From NCBI GenBank assembly GCA_012518635.1, contig JAAYRT010000167.1, positions 4,986 through 28,985 of the forward strand: a DNA stretch of 24,000 nucleotides, read 5' to 3'. The notes beneath the pieces are model-generated. The model was given only the letters and a program-made list of their open reading frames with translations, was not told the origin of the DNA and did no database searches. Source of the DNA: Halanaerobiaceae bacterium (GTDB taxonomy: Bacteria; Bacillota; Halanaerobiia; Halanaerobiales; DTU029). The position numbers were made by a program, and so were the translations under genes. Positions 1 to 6,855 of the stretch are shown piece after piece; position 1 is the stretch's first letter, and every line of letters starts with the position of its first letter.

Positions 1-38
1 TTAATTAGGGGTCCTTTTTTTCTACTAATAATTTTCAT
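1..38 (-). CDS. Possible 5' end of a further ORF leaving the window (MKIISRKKGPLI...). It may be the permease partner of the upstream binding protein.
   Basis: ATG at 38..36 is preceded by GGGTGGGTG (49..41), and the frame stays open to position 1. It is on the same strand as, and downstream of, a solute-binding protein gene. Only 12 codons are visible. Confidence 0.25.
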   Translation of the reverse strand, partial: MKIISRKKGPLI

Positions 39-200
39 TTCACCCACCCTTTATTTTAAGTTTAGAACTATAAAATTATTCTATAAAAAGAAGCTGTTAC
101 CGTTATTTTTAATTTCAGCTTATTTTCCACAAAAAATTATCATTATTTAAAATTACAATCTTTTAATAATATAAATAATTGCCATAAAACATTAATAGTA

Positions 201-234
201 AATATGAACTTGCATTTTCATGCAAGTTCATATT
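201..234. other. Perfect 15-bp inverted repeat (AATATGAACTTGCAT / ATGCAAGTTCATATT, 4-nt loop), 35 nt past the binding-protein stop. It is an intercistronic hairpin or weak terminator.
   Basis: The arms 201..215 and 220..234 are exact reverse complements. The T-rich tail (TTTTATATTT) is on the plus strand only; on the minus strand the tail is not U-rich. Confidence 0.4.
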
Positions 235-268
235 TTTATATTTAAAATATCAGCAAAATCAAGTATTA

Positions 269-1540
269 TTATTTTATTTCCATCATAATTTCTTCTGCAC
301 CCTCTTCAGGTGTCATCAGTCCAAAACCAATCATCTGGCTGATTTCAGGGAGAATAATTGAAGATATTTCTGCGTGTCCAGAAGGTCCAACATAAGCGAG
401 TTTAAATTCTCTTTGTAAGATTTCATCCATAACCCGCATAACTTTTTCGTCAACTGCACTGATTTCAGAACCAGCTTCCAGCATGGCTGCTCTCTGCACC
501 TCAGTTGGCAGGATTCCACGGCTGGTCTTCAGTATTTTAGCTGCTTCCGGACTGTTAGTAAACCAGTCAATGAATTTAGCTGCTTCCTCTACATGTTTGG
601 AATTCTTGGAAACAGAGAAAATCAAACCAGGTCTGGCCAGGTCTCCACTTTCTCCATTGGGTCCAACAGGCATTGGTAAAGGCTGCAGGTCATCTGTTGT
701 CTGATCCTGATATCTGCCAAAAGTTCCGGCATAGTTTATTTCATAGGCAGTCAGATTCTGAATCAGCAGTGAATTGGCTGAGAAGTCATTCATTGCTGAA
801 ATATCAACTGGAGCAATGGCATTTGTTTCTCTCATGTCAGCAAAGAACTGTAGGAAGCTTTGAATATCTTCCTTGTTGATTGTGAATTTGTCATTATCAA
901 AGGGGAACGCATCTTCATAACCCAATACTGAATATCCATAGTACTTGAAGATGTCAAAGCCCATGCCTTCAGGGTTTGCAGTAAAGTCAGGTGCTCCATA
1001 TACTCTACCATTGGATTTTTCATATACCTCCTGGAACTTGGCTACCATTTCATCCCAGGTATATGGTGCTTCCAGAGGTTCTACACCTAATTTTTCCAGC
1101 AAGGTATTGTTCTGGATTAATACCATACCGTTAACAGACAGGTTAACCCCATACATTTTTCCATCAAGGGAGCAGGCTTCAACATACATTGGGTTGTGGC
1201 CACTTACGTCAACCATTCCTGTAATATCTACCATGGCATCGGCATCACGTAAATCAGGATACCATTCCATAACTGTTGTGAAGATATCTGGTGCATTACC
1301 GGCCATAACCTGTGAGAAAAGTTTGTTTCTGAAACCTTCAAAACCTGAGTACTCAGGGATGATATCAACATGTGGATTTAACTCTTCATACAAAGCAATA
1401 GCGTCAAGTGTAGCCTGATGTCTTGTTTCTGAGCCCCACCAGGAAACTCTTAATTGAATTTTCTCCTGTGCAAAAACACTAACTGATAATGTCAAAATTA
1501 ATAATGCAATGATTAAAAATGAAATTCTTTTTTTAAGCAT
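269..1540 (-). CDS. ABC transporter extracellular solute-binding protein (family 1, carbohydrate type) with a cleavable type I signal peptide
   Basis: 423-aa ORF with RBS AGGAGGATAAGGAT before the ATG. The N-terminus MLKKRISFLIIALLILTLSVSVFA/QEK is a signal peptide with no lipobox Cys. Length and composition are typical of sugar-binding SBPs (WWGSETR..., DIF..., W/Y-rich). Confidence 0.85.
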   Translation of the reverse strand: MLKKRISFLIIALLILTLSVSVFAQEKIQLRVSWWGSETRHQATLDAIALYEELNPHVDIIPEYSGFEGFRNKLFSQVMAGNAPDIFTTVMEWYPDLRDADAMVDITGMVDVSGHNPMYVEACSLDGKMYGVNLSVNGMVLIQNNTLLEKLGVEPLEAPYTWDEMVAKFQEVYEKSNGRVYGAPDFTANPEGMGFDIFKYYGYSVLGYEDAFPFDNDKFTINKEDIQSFLQFFADMRETNAIAPVDISAMNDFSANSLLIQNLTAYEINYAGTFGRYQDQTTDDLQPLPMPVGPNGESGDLARPGLIFSVSKNSKHVEEAAKFIDWFTNSPEAAKILKTSRGILPTEVQRAAMLEAGSEISAVDEKVMRVMDEILQREFKLAYVGPSGHAEISSIILPEISQMIGFGLMTPEEGAEEIMMEIK

Positions 1541-1654
1541 ATCCTTATCCTCCTGTATATTACTTGGTTAAAGAAATTGTTATGAAACAGCCTTCTTTTC
1601 CCTATACAGTAACCTTTTCACCTCCCATTTTAATTTTTATTATTTAAAAATTAA

Positions 1655-1690
1655 TAGCAATATTATACTAATATTTTAGTATAATTGCTA
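1655..1690 (-). promoter_or_regulatory. Imperfect inverted repeat (TAGCAAT-(AT)-TATACTAA tatt TTAGTATA-ATTGCTA) just downstream of the candidate -10. It is a candidate operator or 5' stem-loop of the binding-protein transcript.
   Basis: The outer 7-bp and inner 8-bp blocks are exact reverse complements, with a 2-nt bulge in one arm. The position overlaps the predicted transcription start. Confidence 0.35.
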
Positions 1691-1696
1691 ATTATA

Positions 1697-1725
1697 ATAT
1701 TAACATATCATTTATAAAATGTCAA
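1697..1725 (-). promoter_or_regulatory. Candidate sigma-A promoter TTGACA-17-TAATAT for the binding-protein gene
   Basis: On the minus strand, TTGACA lies at 1725..1720 and TAATAT at 1702..1697, separated by a 17-nt spacer. It is about 155 nt upstream of the ATG. Confidence 0.5.
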
Positions 1726-1760
1726 AGAACTTTATATTTTTACTTTGGTAAAAGGATATA

Positions 1761-1802
1761 AAAAGGACAAAGGATAATACAAATATTATCCTTTGTCCTT
1801 TT
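1761..1802 (-). terminator. Rho-independent terminator after the small membrane ORF
   Basis: Perfect 19-bp stem (AAAAGGACAAAGGATAATA / TATTATCCTTTGTCCTTTT) with a 4-nt loop. On the minus strand it is followed by TTTTTATATCCTTTT. It starts 31 nt after the stop at 1833. Confidence 0.8.
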
Positions 1803-1832
1803 ACCAGAGGTGTTTCAATTTTACTTGCAGCT

Positions 1833-2066
1833 TTAATACCAGCTATTCCTCCTAATGGTTGGCCGGAAACGATCCATCTGGCCCAGTAGGATATGGGCTA
1901 AGCCGAACCCCAATATACCGGCACCCAATTTTTTATCTGCCATCCTTGCACCGATCGATGATACCAATAAACCAAGACCACTGATTGCCCAGCCGGTTGC
2001 AGCTGGATCTTTGATTTTCCTCTTCATTTTAAGCAGCCTCATAGTTTTCAATAAAAACACCTCCAT
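1833..2066 (-). CDS. Small hypothetical membrane protein (about 72-77 aa)
   Basis: The ORF has two hydrophobic, Gly-rich segments (GWAISGLGLLVSSIG, GAGILGFGLAHILLG), a basic N-terminus, and its own strong terminator. The ATGGAGGTG at the annotated start reads as an SD (GGAGGTG), so the true start is more likely TTG at 2051. I do not recognise the family. Confidence 0.55.
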   Translation of the reverse strand: MEVFLLKTMRLLKMKRKIKDPAATGWAISGLGLLVSSIGARMADKKLGAGILGFGLAHILLGQMDRFRPTIRRNSWY

Positions 2067-2095
2067 TTATATTATTACAATTAATGAAGGTGTTT
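2055..2095 (-). terminator. 13-bp hairpin between argF and the small ORF. It is a candidate argF terminator or attenuator, and its 3' arm contains the small ORF's SD.
   Basis: Minus-strand RNA reads AAACACCUUCAUU-(15 nt)-AAUGGAGGUGUUU followed by UUAUUG. It includes one G-U pair that would be a C-A mismatch on the plus strand, so the structure is specific to the minus strand. Confidence 0.4.
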
Positions 2096-2139
2096 ATTAA
2101 ATAATTTGTATTTCCCTGTAATTTTACTTGAACTTAAGT

Positions 2140-3156
2140 TCAGACAGCATTCAAATCACCAATACTGGCCACCATAACTGCCTTGATAGTGTGCATCCTG
2201 TTTTCTGCCTGTTCAAAGACCCGGGAAAACCTGCTTTCAAAAACCTTATCAGTAACCTCCATTGCCTCCAGGCCGTATTCCCGGTAAATTTTCTCCCCGA
2301 TAATGGTTTCCCTGTTATGGAAGGAGGGCAGGCAATGCAGGAAGATAAGCTGGTCATTTTCTGCTTTCCTAATCAGGTTTTCGTTTACCTGATATGGCTT
2401 TAATAGTTCTACCCGCTCAGCGAATTTATCCTCTTCCCCCATGGAGACCCAGACATCAGTGTAAATTACATTTGTGGAATGTACTGCATCCAGGTCAGTA
2501 CTGAGACTAATCTTTGCACCGCTTTTTGCTGCCTCCCCCCTGGCCTGGTCAAGTATAGTGCTTTCCGGCCAGAGTTCTTCGGGAGCAATAAGGGTAAAAT
2601 GGAGACCCATCTTTGCTGAACCTATTAATAAGGAATTAGCCATATTATTACGCCCATCTCCAATATAGGTGAATTTGATTCCTTCCAGATGACCAAACTC
2701 TTCTTTTATTGTAAACAGATCTGCCAGGACCTGGGTTGGATGGTATTGGTCTGTCAGGGCATTCCAGACCGGTACTCCTGAATACTCTGCCAGTAATTCG
2801 ACACTTTTCTGGTCAAAACCCCTATAAGCAATACCGTCAAAAAGCCGGCCCAGGACCCGGGCTGTATCCTTGATACTCTCCTTATCTCCCAACTGGAGGT
2901 CATTTTTCCCCAGGAATTCCGGCATGCCCCCCTCATCCCTGGCAGCAACCACAAAGGCAACCCTTGTCCTGGTAGAGGTTTTTTCAAAGAGCAGGGCAAT
3001 ATTCTTGCCCTTTAAGGCATCACCCTGAAATCCTCTGTGCTTTTTCTCCTTTAATTTAGCGGCAAGTTCCAGGAGATAATTTATCTCTGCACTGGAGTAA
3101 TCCAGCAGTGTTAAGAGACTTCTTCCCTGTAGATTCACTTCCACCTTTTCCACCAC
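2140..3156 (-). CDS. argF: Ornithine carbamoyltransferase
   Basis: 338-aa ORF with STRTR (carbamoyl-phosphate site), HPTQ, DVWVSMG and HCLPSFH motifs, and an end-to-end OTCase-like sequence. The start is uncertain: several in-frame GTGs lie after GAGGTGG, including GTG at 3156 or 3144. Anabolic (argF) versus catabolic (arcB) cannot be decided from the sequence. Confidence 0.9.
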   Translation of the reverse strand: MVEKVEVNLQGRSLLTLLDYSSAEINYLLELAAKLKEKKHRGFQGDALKGKNIALLFEKTSTRTRVAFVVAARDEGGMPEFLGKNDLQLGDKESIKDTARVLGRLFDGIAYRGFDQKSVELLAEYSGVPVWNALTDQYHPTQVLADLFTIKEEFGHLEGIKFTYIGDGRNNMANSLLIGSAKMGLHFTLIAPEELWPESTILDQARGEAAKSGAKISLSTDLDAVHSTNVIYTDVWVSMGEEDKFAERVELLKPYQVNENLIRKAENDQLIFLHCLPSFHNRETIIGEKIYREYGLEAMEVTDKVFESRFSRVFEQAENRMHTIKAVMVASIGDLNAV

Positions 3157-3309
3157 CTCTTTAATTTTAATATCCCTACAAATTTCCCTTATCTTAACTT
3201 TAAAAGCTTAGCACCAAGGCATAATTTGAATTTTACTCACCCGGATCTTTAATAAGCTGCTCATTTTATAGATAAATTACATTGGTTTAAAAAACTTGCT
3301 CTTTATTTA

Positions 3310-3347
3310 TGTTTATATTTATTCAAATATATTTATAATTATACACC
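3310..3347 (-). promoter_or_regulatory. Two tandem ARG-box-like 18-mers (candidate ArgR/AhrC operator) overlapping the -10 and start site of the argF promoter
   Basis: The minus strand reads GGTGTATAATTATAAATA (3347..3330), a 2-bp spacer, then TTTGAATAAATATAAACA (3327..3310). Both fit wnTGnATwwwwATnCAnw at every conserved position except the C. The TG-to-TG period is 20 bp. The background is AT-rich, so a chance match is possible. Confidence 0.4.
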
Positions 3348-3365
3348 TTCTTTTTCATTTGTCAA
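3338..3365 (-). promoter_or_regulatory. Near-consensus promoter TTGACA-16-TATAAT upstream of argF
   Basis: On the minus strand, TTGACA lies at 3365..3360 and TATAAT at 3343..3338. This implies a 5' leader of about 175 nt before the argF start. Confidence 0.5.
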
Positions 3366-3496
3366 GAAATAATCAAGTTTTTTTACTAAATATAGTGTTT
3401 TTTATAATACAGGCCCTGTAATATATATGGAAAAACAGGCATAGGTTTAATATAGAAAGGAATTTCCCTTGATAAGCTAATTGGCAGGTGAAATAT

Positions 3497-3799
3497 ATGG
3501 TGGCAGAATCCCTATCTACAGTTTTCCTGCTGGCCCTTATAGTGGAGGTACTTACAAACGCCATTAAGGCAGCCTTCCCTTTTGTTAAAGGAGGAGAAGA
3601 AAAAAACGGCAGCCGTATTACAGCTGCCGTAGTTGGTATAATTCTCTGTATAACAACCAGAGTAGGTATTTTAAAAAACCTTAATATAGATATTTCCCTG
3701 GATATCCTTGACCAGATTATCACAGGTATTATAATCTCCAGGGGTGCCAATGCGGTCCACGACCTTGCTGCAACCCTGCAGAATAAAAGACTAAATTAA
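3497..3799 (+). CDS. Small membrane protein (about 100 aa) resembling phage-type holins. It is the only plus-strand gene in the window.
   Basis: ATG at 3497 follows AGGTGA plus 5 nt; the GTG at 3488 in the ORF track lies inside that SD. The hydrophobic segments are STVFLLALIVEVLTNAIKAAFPF, ITAAVVGIILCITTRVGIL and ILDQIITGIIISRGANAVHDL. The pattern (amphipathic N-terminal TM, then ...ISRG.N.VHDL) recalls small holin-like proteins of Firmicute prophages, but that is from memory only. The antisense ORF 3373..3750 looks like noise. Confidence 0.6.
   Translation: MVAESLSTVFLLALIVEVLTNAIKAAFPFVKGGEEKNGSRITAAVVGIILCITTRVGILKNLNIDISLDILDQIITGIIISRGANAVHDLAATLQNKRLN
3600..3630 (-). terminator. Rho-independent terminator of the hisS-aspS unit, embedded antisense inside the holin-like CDS
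   Basis: Minus-strand RNA reads ACGGCAGC-UGUAAUACG-GCUGCCGU followed by UUUUUUCUUCUCC. The stem is 8 bp, six of them G-C. It lies about 160 nt downstream of the aspS stop. There is no U-tract on the plus strand. Confidence 0.75.
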
Positions 3800-5563
3800 T
3801 CTGATTCCCAGTTCCTTTAATTGTTTTTCGGAAACCGGTGAAGGGGCATTATCCAGTAAGGATGTTGCCTTCTGGGTCTTTGGAAAGGCGATGACATCCC
3901 TGATGGAGTTGCTGCCACTGAGTATCATAATCAGACGATCAAGGCCAAAGGCTATTCCTCCATGGGGAGGGGTACCATATTCGAAGGCCTCCAGCATAAA
4001 ACCAAACTTTTCTTTAGCCTCTTCTGCACCGATTCCAAGTGCGGTAAATATTTTCTCCTGGAGGTCCCGGTTATTAATACGGATACTTCCTCCACCTAAC
4101 TCTTCACCATTGAGGACCAGGTCATAGGCCTTGGAACGCATCTTTTCCGGTGCAGTTTCCAGCAGGTCTACATCCTCATCCAGTGGTGCTGTAAAGGGAT
4201 GATGGACTGAAACAAAACGCCCTTCCTCTTCATCATATTCAAACATGGGGAAATCCACCACCCAGAGGAATTTATAGGTATCCTTAGGGATCAGGCCTGC
4301 TTCCCTGGCTATCTTTAACCTCAGGTTACCCAGGGCATCAGCAACGATTGCCGGTTTATCCGCTACAAAAAGGAGTAAATCCCCTTCTTCTCCTTCCATG
4401 AGCTTAATGATATCCTCAATTTCCTCATCGGTCAGGAATTTAGCAATTTGTGATTTTACTTCTCCGTCTTTCAATGTCATCCAGGCCAGGCCTTTGGCGC
4501 CAAATTCCTTGACATATTCTACATAGCCGTCTATCGTACGGCGGGGAGTATCAGCACCCCCCTTGAAGTTAATACCCTTTACCTGGCCGCCATCAGCGAT
4601 AGTGCCGCTGAATACCTTGAATTCACTTTCCTTGACAGCTGCAGATATATCCTTTAACTCCAGGCCAAAACGGAGATCAGGTTTATCACTACCGAATCTG
4701 TCCATAGCTTCCGCATAGGTCATTAACGGAATCTCTGCTGGCAATTCCACATCGATGAGGGCAAAAAGCCTTCTCATCAGGCCGTCAACCATCTGGAAAA
4801 GTCCCTCTCTGGTGATAAAGGACATCTCGATATCAATCTGGGTAAATTCAGGCTGGCGGTTTGCCCGCAGGTCTTCGTCCCTGAAACATCTGGCAATCTG
4901 GAAGTACTTTTCTATACCTGCTACCATCAACAATTGCTTATAGATCTGTGGAGACTGGGGCAGGGCGTAAAAAGAGCCTGTATTTACCCTGCTTGGAACC
5001 AGGTAATCCCGGGCACCTTCCGGTGTACTCCTGGTCAGGATTGGGGTTTCAATCTCCCAGAAGCCCATTTCATCAAGATAATCCCTGGTGATTTTGGTAA
5101 CTTTATGACGTAAACCCATTATTGCCTGCATCTTCGGCCTTCTTAAATCAAGATAACGGTATTTCAGCCTGATCTCTTCACTGACATCTGTCTCGTCTTT
5201 AATTTGAAAAGGAGTTGTTTTTGCACTATCCAGTATCATAATGTCCAGGCCATAAACTTCAATCTCACCGGTGGAAAAATCCGGATTGATATTTTCTTCC
5301 GGTCTTGCCTCTACAGTTCCTCTCACCGCTACTACATACTCAGAACGTAATTTATTGGCCAGCTGGAAGGTATTCCCATTTGTTTCCGGATTAAAGACAA
5401 CCTGGACAATACCGGAACGATCTCTCAACTCAATGAAAATCAAGCCGCCTAAATCCCTTCTTCTATGTACCCAGCCCATCAATACTATTGTTTCACCAAT
5501 GTTTGCTTTATTTAACTTTCCACATAAATGTGTTCTTTTAATAGAACCTAGTTCCTGTGACAT
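3791..5563 (-). CDS. aspS: Aspartate--tRNA ligase (bacterial type with GAD insertion)
   Basis: 590-aa ORF with an N-terminal OB fold (GWVHRRRDLGGLIFIELRD), class II motifs (FRDEDLRANRQPEFTQID, GGGSIR, GLDRL), and RBS AAAGGAG 8 nt before the ATG. Confidence 0.97.
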   Translation of the reverse strand: MSQELGSIKRTHLCGKLNKANIGETIVLMGWVHRRRDLGGLIFIELRDRSGIVQVVFNPETNGNTFQLANKLRSEYVVAVRGTVEARPEENINPDFSTGEIEVYGLDIMILDSAKTTPFQIKDETDVSEEIRLKYRYLDLRRPKMQAIMGLRHKVTKITRDYLDEMGFWEIETPILTRSTPEGARDYLVPSRVNTGSFYALPQSPQIYKQLLMVAGIEKYFQIARCFRDEDLRANRQPEFTQIDIEMSFITREGLFQMVDGLMRRLFALIDVELPAEIPLMTYAEAMDRFGSDKPDLRFGLELKDISAAVKESEFKVFSGTIADGGQVKGINFKGGADTPRRTIDGYVEYVKEFGAKGLAWMTLKDGEVKSQIAKFLTDEEIEDIIKLMEGEEGDLLLFVADKPAIVADALGNLRLKIAREAGLIPKDTYKFLWVVDFPMFEYDEEEGRFVSVHHPFTAPLDEDVDLLETAPEKMRSKAYDLVLNGEELGGGSIRINNRDLQEKIFTALGIGAEEAKEKFGFMLEAFEYGTPPHGGIAFGLDRLIMILSGSNSIRDVIAFPKTQKATSLLDNAPSPVSEKQLKELGIRLI

Positions 5564-5578
5564 TTGAATTACTCCTTT

Positions 5579-6838
5579 CTACTCCTTTCTATAATCCTCT
5601 TCCAGTATCTTTTCCAGGGCTATTTCCTGCTGTTTCCCTGTCTCCATATTCCTGACCAGGGCCTTACCCTGGGCCAGTTCATTTTCGCCAAGTATTATTA
5701 CATATCTTGCCCTGAGCCGGTCGGCTGCCTTCAGTTGGCTTTTTATACTGCGCTCAAGGTAATCAAACTCGGCCTTGTAGCCTTTATTCCGGAATTGGTA
5801 TAGGTATCTAAGGCCCTCTTTTCTGGCCTCAGCACCTATTGTAACCATGAAGATATCCAATTCAGAGCTATCCGGTAATTCAAGCCCCTCCTTTTCCAGG
5901 GTAAGTAATAATCTCTCCATACCGGCAGCAAACCCTACACCTGGTATAGATTTACCGCCTATCTCTTCTGCCAGGCCGTTATAACGTCCTCCAGCCAGTA
6001 TGGTATCCTGGGCACCCAGCCCGCTGTATTTGATTTCAAAGACCGTATTTGTATAATAATCCAGTCCCCTGACCATCCGGGCATCAATTGTATATTCAAG
6101 GCCCAGCACAGAAAGATATTCCCTGACACTGGCAAAATGCTCCTGACAGCCAGGACAGAGATAATCCAGGATGCTGGGGGCATTCCTGACTATTTCCTTA
6201 CTATTGTCTACCTTACAATCCAGGACCCGCATTGGGTTCCGGTCTATCCTGGATTGGCAGTCCTCACAGAGGTCCTGCCGGTCCTGGTTAAAATATTCCT
6301 GTAAATCTTTGAAGTATTCCTGCCTGCATTCAGGACAGCCGATACTGTTAATATAGATATCCAGATTCTCCAGGCCCAGTTCCTTTAAATAATTGACCCC
6401 CAGGGTTATGACTTCAGCATCGAGGGCCGGGTCATTGGAACCGAAAACCTCTACCCCTAATTGATGGAACTGGCGGAAACGGCCCGCCTGTGGACGCTCA
6501 TAGCGGAACATGGGGCCTATATAAAACAGCTTGACTGGCTGCATCTGGCCATAGAGCTTGTTTTCCAAATAAGCGCGTACAATACCTGCAGTACCCTCTG
6601 GACGCAGGGTAATGCTCCTTCCGCCCTTGTCGGCAAATGTATACATTTCCTTTTCCACTACATCAGTGGTCTCTCCAATACTTCTCAGAAATAACTCGGT
6701 ATATTCGAAGATTGGAGTCCTGATTTCCTGATAGTTGTATCTTGCCATTATATCCTTTGCTGCTTCCTCGATATACTGCCATTTTAAAGAAAGCGGGGGC
6801 AAAATATCATTTGTCCCCCGTGGTGCATTCATCTTCAT
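5579..6838 (-). CDS. hisS: Histidine--tRNA ligase
   Basis: 419-aa ORF with the motifs RGTNDILP, MFRYERPQAGRFRQFHQ, AGGRYNGL and GFAAGMERL. RBS GAGGTGA lies 4 nt before the ATG. There is a 15-nt gap to aspS. Confidence 0.97.
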   Translation of the reverse strand: MKMNAPRGTNDILPPLSLKWQYIEEAAKDIMARYNYQEIRTPIFEYTELFLRSIGETTDVVEKEMYTFADKGGRSITLRPEGTAGIVRAYLENKLYGQMQPVKLFYIGPMFRYERPQAGRFRQFHQLGVEVFGSNDPALDAEVITLGVNYLKELGLENLDIYINSIGCPECRQEYFKDLQEYFNQDRQDLCEDCQSRIDRNPMRVLDCKVDNSKEIVRNAPSILDYLCPGCQEHFASVREYLSVLGLEYTIDARMVRGLDYYTNTVFEIKYSGLGAQDTILAGGRYNGLAEEIGGKSIPGVGFAAGMERLLLTLEKEGLELPDSSELDIFMVTIGAEARKEGLRYLYQFRNKGYKAEFDYLERSIKSQLKAADRLRARYVIILGENELAQGKALVRNMETGKQQEIALEKILEEDYRKE

Positions 6839-6855
6839 CTGCTCACCTCATAAAC

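Noticed and set aside
945-1418. 157-aa plus-strand ORF inside the binding-protein gene, plus similar antisense ORFs at 483..704, 673..879, 2128..2403, 2474..2668, 3891..4127, 4755..4943, 5271..5567 and 5564..5803
   Set aside because: All lie antisense to, or out of frame within, strongly supported genes. They have low-complexity Ser/Pro/Leu-rich translations and no RBS, as expected for shadow ORFs.
3219-3275. 18-codon uORF (MSSLLKIRVSKIQIMPWC) in the argF leader, considered as a possible attenuation peptide
   Set aside because: It has no Shine-Dalgarno in front, no run of Arg codons, and no obvious alternative terminator/antiterminator pairing. It is probably fortuitous.
3373-3750. 125-aa minus-strand ORF opposite the holin-like gene
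   Set aside because: Its translation (…IIPVIIWSRISREISILRFFKIP…) has no coherent domain or TM logic and no SD. It also spans the aspS terminator. The plus-strand frame gives a well-formed membrane protein with a good SD, so I called that one instead.
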